Source: Cyanophora paradoxa CCMP329 (taxonomy: Eukaryota > Plantae > Glaucophyta). Taken from it: a stretch of DNA of 64,000 bases. The translations under genes and the position numbers were made by a program. Below are positions 25,803 to 36,719 of this stretch, piece by piece. The first letter of the stretch is position 1. Each line of letters begins with the position of its first letter. Location: positions 14,934 to 78,933 of the forward strand of contig QPMI01000413.1 in the NCBI GenBank assembly GCA_004431415.1. Reading direction: 5' to 3'. A model generated the notes under the pieces. That model had not been told where the DNA came from and did no database searches. It saw nothing but the letters and a program-made list of their open reading frames with translations.

Positions 25803-28679
25803 TAAAGGGCCCGCTGCGGCGCGCGCTCGTGAGGGGTTGTGCTCGTGCACGCCGCTGCGGGGTCCGGGGAAGGGAAATTCACTTCAAATTTCGAATTCGG
25901 GGCGATATCGATATATATATCGCGAGAGATCTAGAGAGCAGGAAAAGGAGCAAACTTGAAAGACCGTTGCCTCCGTTCAAATGGAAGAAAGCAGAGCTTC
26001 AGAAGCCTTGAGGGCGGTAGCTGCGGCCCGGCGAGCCGCGCCGCCGCCCTCCGCGCCTCCGCCCCGCCCGGCGAGCCGCGCCGCCGCCCCCGCGCCTCCG
26101 CCCCGCCCGGCGAGCCGCGCCACCGCCCGCCGCGCATCCACCCCGCCCGGCGAGCCGCGCCGCCGCCCGCCGCGCCTCCGCCCCGCCCGGCGAGCCGCGC
26201 CGCCGCCCGCCGCGCCTCCGCCCCGCTCGGCGATCGCGAGCCGCGCCGCCGCCCGCCGCGCCTCCGCCCCACCCGGCGAGCCGCGCCGCCGCCCGCCGCG
26301 CCTCCGCCCGCCTGGCGAGCCGCGCCGCCGCCCGCCGCGCCTCCGCCCCGCCCGGCGAGCCGCCGCGGGCCGCGCCGCCGCCCGCCGCGCCTCCACCCCG
26401 CCCGGCGAGCCGCGCCGCCGCCCGCCGCGCCTCCGCCCCGCCTGGCGAGCGCCCGCCGCGCCTCCGCCCCGCCTGGCGAGCCGCGCCGCCGCCCGCCGCG
26501 CCTCCGCCTCGCCCGGCGAGCCGCGCCGCCGCCCGCCGCGCTTCCGCCCCGTCCGGCGAGCCGCGCTGCTGCCAAGGCCGCGGGGCCGCGGGCGGCCGCG
26601 GGCACGGGCACGCTGCCAAGGCCTGCCAAAGAGAAGCTAGTGCGCGCGGTTGAGCGGCTGGCATGGGGCGTGCGCGGCTGGCGCGGCTAGCTACAGCAGA
26701 CTGCCGCGCGCGCGAGAGGCGTGACCGTTGACGAGCCGAGCTAGATCGAGTCGAGGTGAAGAGAAAGCGCGCGGGGGTGAGAAATTAATATTAAAGCGCG
26801 GTGGGGCGCGCGCGGTTGGCGCGGCTGGGGCGTGCAAGGCTGGCGACCTGCCACGTGCTTGAGATCTAGATCTAGAGGCGTGACCGTGTCGAGCCGAGCC
26901 GAGCTGAAGAGCGCCGGGCTTGCAATTGCAATTGCCGAGCCGATTGCCGGGCTGGCGCCTCGGTTCTTTAAGAGGTTTCTCAGGGTACTGCCGGCGCGCG
27001 CGCGCTAGCGCTGCGCGGGCGTCGGCCGCCACGTGCACGTCGGGGCCCGGCCGCGGGTGCGCGACTAGTTGGAGCGGCTGGGGCATGCGCGGCTTGCGCA
27101 CGCGACTAGCGCAAGAGGCGTGACCGCTGTCGGGCAGAGCCGAGCTACGTATACGTGGCTGCGTTGCGCTTGCGCCGAATCGCGGAGGGGGGGGGGCAAG
27201 TGGCAGGGGGGGTCCGTAAAAGACTTTCGGACTCTCCATTGTGATTGGCTGGGGCGTGCGGCGTCCTCCTACGCGACCGTGCTCGCGCCCGGCCTCACTC
27301 TTGCAGTACGGAATGTCTGGCATAATGCAAGCATCCACTTCGAACTGGTCTGGTCCGTATATCTGCTCCCTGTGCGTCGCTGGACCTGGTTTTGTCCCGG
27401 GTGTTGGTGCCTGTTCCTGGGTCACCCTTTGGTCGGACGGGACCGGGCGACATGGTTTCGGGGTCCCCTGGGGATGGGCTTTCAGGATGTATCGCGCGGC
27501 CCGGGTTTTGAGGAGGTCGGGAAAACGGGATTTGGGGTAGGGTTGGGCCCAAAGGAGAGGGACAGGGGAAGTGTTTCTCCCTTCCCCAATTAATTGCAGT
27601 AAAAAAGGGCCCGCTGCGGCGCGCGCTCGTGAGGGGTTGTGCTCGTGCACGCCACTGCGGGGTCCGGGGAAGGGAAATTCACTTCAAAATTCGAATTCGG
27701 GGCGATATCGATATATATATCGCGAGAGATCTAGAGAGCAGGAAAAGGAGCAAACTTGAAAGACCGTTGCCTCCGTTCAAATGGAAGAAAGCAGAGCTTC
27801 AGAAGCCTTGAGGGCGGTAGCTGCGGCCCGGCGAGCCGCGCCGCCGCCCTCCGCGCCTCCGCCCCGCCCGGCGAGCCGCGCCGCCGCCCGCCGCGCCTCC
27901 GAGGCTCCGCCCCGCCTGGCGAGCCGCGCCGCCGCCCGCCGCGCCTCCACCCCGCCCGGCGAGCCGCGCCGCCGCCCGCCGCGCCTCCGCCCGCCTGGCG
28001 AGCCGCGCCGCCGCCCGCCGCGCCTCCGCCCCGCCTGGCGAGCCGCGCCGCCGCCCGCCGCGCCTCCGCCCCGCCCGGCGAGCCGCGCCGCCGCCCGCCG
28101 CGCTTCCGCCCCGTCCGGCGAGCCGCGCTGCTGCCCGCCGCGCCTGCGGCGCATGCGCAGGCATGGCGCGGGCAAATCTGGGCGGCCGCGGGCGCGGGCA
28201 CGCCGCCAAGGCCTGCCAAAGAGAAGCTAGTACGCGCGGTTGAGCGGCTGGCATGGGGCGTGCGCGGCTGGCGCGGCTAGCTACAGCAGACTGCCGCGCG
28301 CGCGAGAGGCGTGACCGTTAACGAGCCGAGCTAGATCGAGTCGAGGTGAAGAGAAAGCGCGCGGGGGTGAGAAAGCGCGGTGGGGCGCGCGCGGTTGGCG
28401 CGGCTGGGGCGTGCGAGGCTGGCGACCTGCCACGTGCTTGAGATCTAGAGGCGTGACCGTGTCGAGCCGAGCCGAGCTGAAGAGCGCCGGGCTTGCAATT
28501 GCAATTGCCGAGCCGATTGCCGGGCTGGCGCCTCGGTTCTTTAAGAGGTTTCTCAGGGTACTGCCGGCGCGCGCGCGCTAGCGCTGCGCGGGCGTCGGCC
28601 GCCACGTGCACGTCGGGGCCCGGCCGCGGGTGCGCGACTAGTTGGAGCGGCTGGGGCGTGCGCGGCTTGCGCACGCGAC
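25803..28679. repeat. Tandem duplication of a ~1.8 kb unit (25803-27106 and 27603-28679), each containing a ~39 bp GC minisatellite
   Basis: Both copies begin aaagggcccgctgcggcgcgcgctcgtgagggg and contain (ccggcgagccgcgccgccgcccgccgcgcctccgccccg)n. The second copy breaks off at gcacgcgac, where element A begins. Confidence 0.9.
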
Positions 28680-28974
28680 ACATAGACAATGCCCGCGTTT
28701 TATCCCTCGGCTAAGTTTAATTATAATTTGTTTATAATTTACCTATATTTCTTGCATATTTAACGTTAATTTATGTGTATTTTATCCTTTATTCTTGTCT
28801 TTTATGTGCGTATTTCATATATAATACTAACGTATCCCTTACTGAAATTTAATGTATTCGTATCTCCGATGTATTTTACCTCTATCTCTCGTAATCACTT
28901 GTATTTGAGGTGGATTTTAAACTTAGATAAATTATATCACGCCTCCTGATAAAACGCGGGCATTGTCTATGTGT
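28678..28974. repeat. Perfect 27 bp inverted repeat (acacatagacaatgcccgcgttttatc) at 28678-28704 and 28948-28974
   Basis: Direct reverse-complement match around an AT-rich spacer of ~240 bp. Confidence 0.9.
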
Positions 28975-29237
28975 GATATTACGCATTATCGTGTATAATG
29001 ATATGGAAATAATATGTGTATGCATTTAATGAAAAATATGTATTTAATTATACAAGAAATAATGAAATATTTGTGTGAAATTCTAACGGAATTCCTTCGA
29101 AAAATAATAAAATGTTCTTTTGGATTTAATGTGTAGCATATATGGAGCTGATATGGCGCCGTTTTTGTGTTAAAACAGCTACAATGTGCTGTATGGAGCG
29201 CCGGGTTAATTTCGCGTTTGTGATTGATATAGTGCGG

Positions 29238-29470
29238 TAAGGCATCTGTTAGGCACTTTGGGGATTACTGATATGGTGCGGTTAGGCACTTTTAGGCACT
29301 TGTAGGCAGAGTAGGCACTTTATTTTAATCTCTTGTGTGATTTTTTAAAGTTGTGTGTTTTTGACACAACTTTTTGGCGCGTGAAAAAAAAGATGAAAAA
29401 GGTGCCTACGGTGCCTAAGGTGCCTAACAGGTGCCTATTATACTTATTTTAGTGCCTATTAAGTGCCTAT
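29238..29470. promoter_or_regulatory. Inverted iteron-like array (AGGCAC-type x6 facing GTGCCT x6) around a 10 bp palindrome; putative replication origin
   Basis: AGGCA(C/T/G) at 29240, 29251, 29284, 29294, 29304 and 29313. GTGCCT at 29402, 29411, 29420, 29431, 29452 and 29463. Central aaagttgtgt (29347-56) pairs with acacaacttt (29364-73). Confidence 0.55.
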
Positions 29471-29702
29471 CTTACTGATTATCGTGTTATTTACAAGGAA
29501 ATCTCGATACTTTATGTCTCTCCGTATGCGGAGATCCACCAAAGATACCTATTATCCTCTCTTCTATTAACGATGATATATTACATGTCTTTCGCTCGTG
29601 CAAAAATGAAAGTCCCGTGAGCAACACAAATTGATTTAAGGAAGTTGCGATATAGAGGTGTAAGAAAGAAAAATATTTTCTGTGTCTAATATAAAAGCAA
29701 AC

Positions 29703-30308
29703 ATGGCTTATCTGTTCAATGGTCGAATTATCTTCTCTGTTCGTGTTGGTGATCTTCCTTTTTCCATCGGTGAAATGCTGGAAATTATAAATGCTATCCA
29801 TCACAATGGAAGATTAATAGGAAATTCACCCACTTATTCTGATATGCGGGGTGTCGGTTATTTCATGGATAAACCTCATCAAATAGTCGTTAGACATGTC
29901 GATGATCGGTTTTACATTGCGAAAGCCATTGAGCCTATCGATAATATTAAATTCCTTGTTAGACAACTCCGTTATGAGGAAACAGAGGATGCTTATGTAG
30001 AAATTCTCGATTTCTGGCAACATGTCCGATGCACTCAATATAAGGTATCTGATGTCATGGATGTAATTGTAAGAGATTACGGTAATCAGATGCAACCACG
30101 TTATTATTTTAAAGTAAATCGTGATCTCTCGGTTTATCATCGCAAGTTCGAAGGGCATAACTTAAAGTTAACTACCCGTGCATCGGTTCGTAAATTCTTA
30201 AAAGCCAATGGTGCCGCATGGAGTCGTGGACATCGCATGTGGTATATTGAAGAAAAGGACAAAGTGGGTATAGTGGGCGACATATTCAGTTTGATTGATC
30301 GTGATTAA
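29703..30308 (+). CDS. Hypothetical viral protein with C-terminal DUF5710-like motif
   Basis: ATG at 29703. C-terminal FLKANGAAWSRGHRMWYI resembles the K..G..W......WY motif of ORF 60883. Confidence 0.6.
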   Translation: MAYLFNGRIIFSVRVGDLPFSIGEMLEIINAIHHNGRLIGNSPTYSDMRGVGYFMDKPHQIVVRHVDDRFYIAKAIEPIDNIKFLVRQLRYEETEDAYVEILDFWQHVRCTQYKVSDVMDVIVRDYGNQMQPRYYFKVNRDLSVYHRKFEGHNLKLTTRASVRKFLKANGAAWSRGHRMWYIEEKDKVGIVGDIFSLIDRD

Positions 30309-30413
30309 TAAGGCAAAAATTGAAAGCCCCGTGGGCAACACAAAAGGATTTAAGGAAGTTGCGATATATAGGGGTAACAAAGAAAGAGAAAAATTTTTCC
30401 GTGACGTATTACA

Positions 30414-30692
30414 ATGTCGCGCGCTGAAATGTTTAAGGAGATCTCCGATATCATGGAAGCCGCCGAATACTTCTATAAAGAAAACGACACCCTTTACCCT
30501 TCTCTGTCTCAAATTGTAGCGATCGGTTTTTTAGCTGATAGACCCGACCGACTGTATGCAAAGAGTGATGAAAACCACTTTTTCCACTATCAAAAGCAAA
30601 CTTTAAAAAGAGGAAAGGTGGAATACAACGTTAAAGCACTGTTTAACTTTGGCGGTGAGTTCATCCCTCTTATTGAATTCAAAAACCATTAA
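30414..30692 (+). CDS. Hypothetical viral protein (92 aa)
   Basis: ATG-started ORF after a promoter block duplicated from the one upstream of 29703. Confidence 0.55.
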   Translation: MSRAEMFKEISDIMEAAEYFYKENDTLYPSLSQIVAIGFLADRPDRLYAKSDENHFFHYQKQTLKRGKVEYNVKALFNFGGEFIPLIEFKNH

Positions 30693-31600
30693 TCAATACC
30701 TAACGCTAAAAACTCCAACTCAAACGAATTATCGATACCGTTCATATCAACAAGATCACCGTAATAATCACGAAACTCTATTGTTAACTCACGAATAACA
30801 AGGTTCTTGTCTGTTATTTTTATGTATTCGCCATGCTCTCCGCTATGGTATATATACTTTCCGATGTCCTGACTTAATTGTAAACGCAAGATTGCGCCTT
30901 GGTTCTGTGGTTGCGATTTCGGGACTACATGATGGTTCGAAGCAAAAGAAGAGAGTTCTTTAATGTGCATATACAAGTATTGTTCTGCGTTCATATCAAC
31001 CATCTTGTCACTTAATGCTCTAAACTGTAACTCTGTTACAACCATATTATCTGCCTCGAAGGTAATACCCCACTGTGGGTGATCGGGCGTAATTGGTGTT
31101 CCTGCATAAACAAGATGGTTTTCCGGTGCATACATCGACCTTTGTAACAAGTGAGTTTTAACAGTGCTGCCCAACCATTCTATTGAACTTAAACCAAATA
31201 ATTTAGCTATCCTGGCATTAGAGGCAATCACCTCAAACAGATAATTACTATAAAACTCCAATTTGTAGGTGGTTGGGTTGTAGTATATTTTGAACTTATA
31301 ACCATCACCGAGATTGAAATTCAAACCATAATTATATGGGTGAGTAACACTAAAATGCCCTTGATTAATGTAGCCACTTGGTAGTGGGTGAATCTGTTTT
31401 ACAACGTCACCATTAGCGGTGTCATATCTTACAAGTAAAAAATCGGTTCCCATTGAATTATATATACTGTTCGGAATCTCAGCATACAAAATGCGACATT
31501 GTCGGGGTCTGGTTATTGGTGTTGTGAGTGCAACCTTATAAGAGTTTTCTTTTTGTCCCTCTGGTCGGTCTCTACTATCGACATTGACAAGCCGAATCAT
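30689..31600 (-). CDS. Minor capsid (penton-like) protein 1, element A
   Basis: N-terminal VDSRDR...ILYAEIPNSIYN and C-terminal LTIEFRDYYGDLVDMNGIDNSFELEF are typical PLV/NCLDV penton-like patterns. Homologous to 49027-49872. Confidence 0.75.
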   Translation of the reverse strand: MIRLVNVDSRDRPEGQKENSYKVALTTPITRPRQCRILYAEIPNSIYNSMGTDFLLVRYDTANGDVVKQIHPLPSGYINQGHFSVTHPYNYGLNFNLGDGYKFKIYYNPTTYKLEFYSNYLFEVIASNARIAKLFGLSSIEWLGSTVKTHLLQRSMYAPENHLVYAGTPITPDHPQWGITFEADNMVVTELQFRALSDKMVDMNAEQYLYMHIKELSSFASNHHVVPKSQPQNQGAILRLQLSQDIGKYIYHSGEHGEYIKITDKNLVIRELTIEFRDYYGDLVDMNGIDNSFELEFLALGID

Positions 31601-31629
31601 TTTATTATATGAATATAGATTAAAGAAAA

Positions 31630-32640
31630 ATGCCGGTGGAATATGTCGAAGTGTCTTCTTTTAAAAAAATAGCAAACCTCGACGCTCCAACATCACGGTT
31701 TGTTGCCGATCTTCCTAAAACATTTGAAAATGTTAGAGCTGTCCGCCTTGTCTCTGCGGAATTCTATAATTCCGTTCCACTTATCAGCGGTGAAACTGTC
31801 CCCGGAGATGTAACCGTAGAAGATGCTTTTACGATCTGGTTTAGTATTGCAAATGCCGCCATCAACTCTACAAATGCACCCGCTCCCGGTTTTGATGTTT
31901 GGCGGTCAATCCGTCCCGGTCAAAATTTAGGATCTGATGTTATTAATACCCACAAAGAACTCGCCGCTCGCATAAATAGTAGATTCGAAGGTATAACTCC
32001 GAATCCTAATATTCGGTGTAAATGGGATGATGTTAATAAACGGGTCATCTTCTATGCTCCAACTGTATTTTATATAGCATTCTCTACTGCAAAAGATCCC
32101 GACAGTTCAAGTGCTGAAAAGAATAACCGACACGGTCGTATGCTTGGTCTCGATGCTGGACGTTATGGTAATAGATATATTAAATCAAATGTCTATTCAA
32201 CTGCTAACGATGAGGTGTTTACAGGTGCTAATGTAAATGGTATTATCTCAACATTCCCCACTGAGAGTTGTAAAGATAACGTCTTTTTCGTAAGAGTAAA
32301 AGAACTGGGCGACCTCGTCCAATGTGCCGATGGTCTTCTTACTGGATATTTCCATAAACTCATGGTTCAAGATAAAGACTTTGCGGAACACGTAGTATAC
32401 AATTCGACCGAAGCTAACCCGCTGTATAAATACTACAATAAGAAAATGTCACTATCGCAACTGTCGGTAGATATAGTGAATGCTCAAAATGAATTAATTG
32501 ATTTCGAAGGTCAACCTATCCATTTGACTTTTGAAATCCGTTATGGTGAAGAACCCGCCGGTGATCCGGTCTATGAGTATTTCAAAATGAGAATGAGGGA
32601 AACCCACCCCTTCTATCCAAATATTGCCGGATTCGCGTAA
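31630..32640 (+). CDS. Minor capsid (penton-like) protein 2, element A
   Basis: LPKTFENVRAVRLVSAEFYN...LSQLSVDIVNAQNELIDFEGQPIHLTFEI. Homologous to 49889-50815. Confidence 0.75.
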   Translation: MPVEYVEVSSFKKIANLDAPTSRFVADLPKTFENVRAVRLVSAEFYNSVPLISGETVPGDVTVEDAFTIWFSIANAAINSTNAPAPGFDVWRSIRPGQNLGSDVINTHKELAARINSRFEGITPNPNIRCKWDDVNKRVIFYAPTVFYIAFSTAKDPDSSSAEKNNRHGRMLGLDAGRYGNRYIKSNVYSTANDEVFTGANVNGIISTFPTESCKDNVFFVRVKELGDLVQCADGLLTGYFHKLMVQDKDFAEHVVYNSTEANPLYKYYNKKMSLSQLSVDIVNAQNELIDFEGQPIHLTFEIRYGEEPAGDPVYEYFKMRMRETHPFYPNIAGFA

Positions 32641-32692
32641 ATTAAGGATCATTCACAGAATTTTTATATTTTATTATTGTAAAAGAGAAAAC

Positions 32693-34076
32693 ATGGACGT
32701 CACAACAACCCTCCAACGTCTTTCCCTCAAAGAGGCGCTAACCACCCCGAAGAGGCAAAGGCGTTCTTCCTCGATAACTCGCTTATGCTCGGTCTGGAAG
32801 CGAAGACTAAACCCGTTCTCGTTACTGTTAGTCCATCGACAACCTATGACAACAACGTAGGACAGCGAGTAAGTTTCAAACTTCCCCGCTACAACTTTGT
32901 CGGTAAAATTGAGCTTGCTTTTGATCTTTCAGAACTAACTGCTTTTACTGGTGATACCGACCTTGTGCGAAACGGTTACACTCGCCCCGTCGGTGCGCTT
33001 GTAGACCGTCTCGAAATCTCGTATGGTTCTTACACCTACCATGTGCCTTCTGATTTCCTGGCGATCTTCCCGCTGGTTTACTATTCAGAGGATCAATTAG
33101 CGAAAAGAAGCGTTCTATGGGTATGCTCCATGGTATTCCCGCTCACGGAACCAACCGCACAGGTGGCGCTTTCTTTGTCGAAGTGCCGGTGCCGTGGTTA
33201 AATCATTACTTGCCCCTTGGCGCGCTCTCAGGGGAAATGGTAGTTACCGTATGGTTTAAGGAGGCTAATAAGGGATACCTCGAAACTTCTTATGGCGGTC
33301 GCACTCTTGCAGTTGTAGGTGCTGCTGCTGATCAAACCACTAATGATGGTCTCGGAAGTGCTGCTAATGTAACTCTTGCGAATGTCGGTCAAAACATCAC
33401 CACTGGTAGTATTACAGGGTTCGAAGTTGCCGGTGCTGTGGCTCCAATCTCCATTAAGTCTCCTCGTCTCTACATGCATGCTATCAACGTTTCCGATGAG
33501 CTGTTTGCTACGGTCATTGAGAAGGTCAAGACTACCGGTATGGCGATTCCATCACTCGACATCGGTTTTGTCGATGCTATCAGTGTTGCTGCGAAAGGTA
33601 ACACTCAACCCAACCGAATTAACCTTAGCCAAATCTCCGGTCTGGTCTATGCTCTACTTGTTTCAGTTCGCGATGCTGCCGGTATTGATACTTCCGATGG
33701 TTCCCATAGCGTCCTTAAAACGCTTGCGAATGCAAAGGACATTACCATGACTTGTGAGATCAACGGACAGCGTCTATATTCGACGGAGCCTATCCCACTT
33801 CTCAAAGGTGCGGAACTCATTGCCGATGTTTTCAAGTGTTCAAATATGGATAAGGATGCTAACCGTTATGTCCTTTCCGGCTTCCCATTCTGCACTGATG
33901 GTGAGAAGGCTATTCGCAATATCGCACAGTCTGGTTTTGTCGACCTTTCAAACTCGTCATCAAGCTTCCTTACCCTGTATCTTCCTGCTGATCGCACAAT
34001 TACTGTTAACGTCCGCGCTCTCATGCACAGCTACATTATAGTCGACAAAGATGGTGTTCGTCGTATAAATTTGTAG
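32693..34076 (+). CDS. Major capsid protein (double jelly-roll), element A; two apparent 1-nt deletions at ~32748 and ~33106
   Basis: Joining ORFs 32624, 32785 and 33117 gives a protein collinear with 50863-52176: QRLSLKEALTT/QRPTLKSMLTT, RVSFKLPRY/RVVFKIPRY, EKVKTTGMAIP/ARVKSTGIAIP, DKDGVRRI/GADGIRRV. It lies next to the ATPase and pentons. Confidence 0.8.
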
Positions 34077-34148
34077 TAACCTTACTGTTAATCGTAAGAC
34101 ATTTAAGGAAAAAATGATTAGTTATTTTTGGGGTTCTTATAAAGTAAG

Positions 34149-35081
34149 ATGTCGCATACTGTCGAGTCATTTATAGCGAAGGCGAATGAAGTTCATGGTG
34201 AGCAATATGACTACTCGAAAGTAGTATATCAAGGGATGATGAAGAAAGTAACGATAATTTGTAAGACATGTCATACTGAATTTAGTCAAGCGGCACATAG
34301 TCATATTAATCAAAAATGTGGCTGCCCATCATGTGGAAACATCAAAAAAGGAATATCTCATAGATTAACGACAGAACAGTTTATAGCAAGGTCGAAAGAG
34401 AAGCATGGGGATCTCTATGACTATTCAGACTCTGTATATGTGAAAGGAGAAGATCCCATAACAATTTTCTGTAAGAAGTGTCAAGAATACTTTACTCAAA
34501 AGCCACATAAACATATGACTGGGGATGGTCATGCAAAGTGTAAAATGGATCGTATCAAAGACAAATTACAAATGGGAATTGACAAGTTCAAAGAAAGAGC
34601 CATTAAACTGTATGGTGATATTTACGATTACTCAAATGTCGAATATGTGAATGCAAAGACAAAAGTTAAAATCACCTGTAAGAAATGTGAAATGGAATTT
34701 GAGAAGACGCCATATGACTTTCTGAATGGTTATGGCTGTCTGTTCTGTCGCTCATCCACTGGTGAAACAAAAGTGCAATCGGTTTTAAAGGATATGGGGT
34801 TACAATTCTCTGTGTCGCATCGGTTTCCTGATTGCAAACATAAAAGAGTTCTTCCGTTCGATGTCTTTATACCATCGCTTAAAATCGCCATTGAATATGA
34901 TGGAATCCAACATTTCCGACCTGTGGAACAGTTTGGTGGTCTACAAGCATTTGAAGATACACAACTACGTGATGGTATCAAAAATCGCTATTGTGAAGCC
35001 AACAATATTAAACTCTTGCGCATCCCATACACAGAAACTGATATTGAGCGGTGCATTAAGCAATTCCTAATATGTCTTTAA
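34149..35081 (+). CDS. Endonuclease with repeated YDYS..CxxC Zn-finger units (DUF723-like) and C-terminal PD-(D/E)xK/Vsr-like domain
   Basis: Three YDYSxxxY...ITCKKC repeats, then FDVFIPSLKIAIEYDGIQHF and NNIKLLRIPY. Confidence 0.8.
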   Translation: MSHTVESFIAKANEVHGEQYDYSKVVYQGMMKKVTIICKTCHTEFSQAAHSHINQKCGCPSCGNIKKGISHRLTTEQFIARSKEKHGDLYDYSDSVYVKGEDPITIFCKKCQEYFTQKPHKHMTGDGHAKCKMDRIKDKLQMGIDKFKERAIKLYGDIYDYSNVEYVNAKTKVKITCKKCEMEFEKTPYDFLNGYGCLFCRSSTGETKVQSVLKDMGLQFSVSHRFPDCKHKRVLPFDVFIPSLKIAIEYDGIQHFRPVEQFGGLQAFEDTQLRDGIKNRYCEANNIKLLRIPYTETDIERCIKQFLICL

Positions 35082-35147
35082 TCCAAAACCGTTTTCAGTC
35101 ATATTTCGTTATTTTTATCTATCTTTATTAAGAAGATCTACAACACC

Positions 35148-35930
35148 ATGGATGATGTCCCCGAATTTAACGCTGGCGAAATGATAAAACCACCTTTCCG
35201 TGTCCTCGCAATCGGAAAATCGGCTACGGGCAAGTCAGAAGCGGTGAAATACTGGCTAAAACAGTTACACGATCAAAAAAAGTTAGATGTCGTTTTAGTT
35301 GTAAGTGGAACCGCATTTAATCATTTCTGGAATAATGTAGCTACTATACAGCTCGGTAAATGGGATGCGCCTTACATCGCTAAACTTCTCGATGAAAGAC
35401 AAGAGAAAATAGAGAAAGGAGAACCTGTTAACCAATTGTGTGTAGTTCTCGATGATCTTATAGATAATGAGTTAGTCGACCTTACCCGTGATAAAATTAT
35501 AGGCTCTCTGTATTCAAGGGGGAGGCATTCCCAAATTTCGATAATTTGCATAACTCAGAAACTGCGTAAGGTTTCTTCCACTATTCGCGTTAATTCGGAT
35601 TATGCAATGTTTCTTAGCGCCGCTAATCGAAAAGAACTCGAAGCAATAGAGGAAGAATATAATATAATGCGGGATAAAGACGCTTTTTATAAGATGTTTG
35701 AGGAATACGTTCATTCATATCAGTTTCTCATTTGGTCATCCGCTGATTATTCGGTAAAGTATTATGTAGATAAAGCGGATCTCGTTAAAAACTTTGGATT
35801 TCCGCGTTTCCATCGCAAACCTAAAAAGAAAGAAGACGAATTAAAACCACCTGAGCAAGAGGAAGCGCCAAAAGAGATTAAAAGCGCTATTCATACGAAT
35901 AAATTGATGCGATATAAGATAGGACTTTAA
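35148..35930 (+). CDS. A32-like (FtsK/HerA) genome-packaging ATPase, element A
   Basis: Walker A GKSATGKS, Walker B VVLDD, SRGRH..ISIICITQ and IRVNSDY. Confidence 0.9.
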   Translation: MDDVPEFNAGEMIKPPFRVLAIGKSATGKSEAVKYWLKQLHDQKKLDVVLVVSGTAFNHFWNNVATIQLGKWDAPYIAKLLDERQEKIEKGEPVNQLCVVLDDLIDNELVDLTRDKIIGSLYSRGRHSQISIICITQKLRKVSSTIRVNSDYAMFLSAANRKELEAIEEEYNIMRDKDAFYKMFEEYVHSYQFLIWSSADYSVKYYVDKADLVKNFGFPRFHRKPKKKEDELKPPEQEEAPKEIKSAIHTNKLMRYKIGL

Positions 35931-35958
35931 AAATATCTTCCATATAATTAAAGATACA

Positions 35959-36692
35959 ATGCCGCCAAAACGTAAAATTGGTGTCCCCGCTGGGGCTATT
36001 TCATATTCTGGTGGTGAAAGTAACGGATCTCTTAATACTACACCTATGAAATTCGACGGAGTTAATCAAGTGAAACCATCGCAACAAGAAGAAGACCCTT
36101 TAAACGCCGCTTATGAAGAATCGCCGGCGGATAAAGCACCTCAAACATCACAAAGTGATCAGTTAAACATTTCCCCGAAGTCTCGAAGATGAAGGCGGTC
36201 GGTGAGGGTGCGCGTCGTATTATCGGTGCCGCCGATGATCGCGGTCTTGGTCTAAAAGATCTCTCCCTTGCTCGCAAGGGTGAAGGTGTTTCAAAAGAAT
36301 CAGACAAGGTTATACAATCGATGGCGGGAGAAGTAACTTATAAAGTCGCACCTGCTCAAAACATCCACCGAATTCCTAAGGCGCAATGGGATGAAATGAC
36401 CGCTAAACTAAAAGATCTCGAAGCAAAGTCGAGTGCGCTGGAACAGTATGTAACAGAGAAGAAAGAACGCGCTAAAATTAAGGAGATGCTGCGTAAAGAA
36501 GTTTTCCGTATGGGCATTACCGGACTGCCCGATAAACAATTTATTGGTAAGAAAGAGACACAAATAGATGAGCAAGCGGTGGATGAATTGAAGACAAAGA
36601 CCCAAAAGGGAACCATAGAACCTGGCGCTACCAAAGCGGAAGTAGAGAAAGCCGTAGCACCAACAGTTTACAAGCGGAGAGTTTGGCTTTAA
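35959..36692 (+). CDS. Conserved PLV hypothetical protein (frameshift ~36176), homolog of 53104-53787
   Basis: KESDKVI...KLKDLEAKSSALEQYVTEKKERAKIKEMLRKE aligns with EATDKVI...KVRDLEMKVSNYEKWMQDYNERKKLKGLVKKE. Same gene position in both elements. Confidence 0.65.
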
Positions 36693-36719
36693 ATATATCT
36701 GATTAATAAAGGATTCTCG

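Noticed and set aside
15281-28689. Numerous long Arg/Pro/Gly/Ala-rich ORFs on both strands
   Set aside because: Artefacts of extreme GC content and minisatellites. Real intron-rich genes probably exist (e.g. 15.5-16.7 kb minus, 21-22 kb, 23-24.5 kb) but exons and products could not be supported.
32740-33110. Programmed ribosomal frameshifting in the MCP
   Set aside because: The homologous MCP in B is continuous, there are no canonical slippery heptamers, and the same indel type is scattered across many genes.
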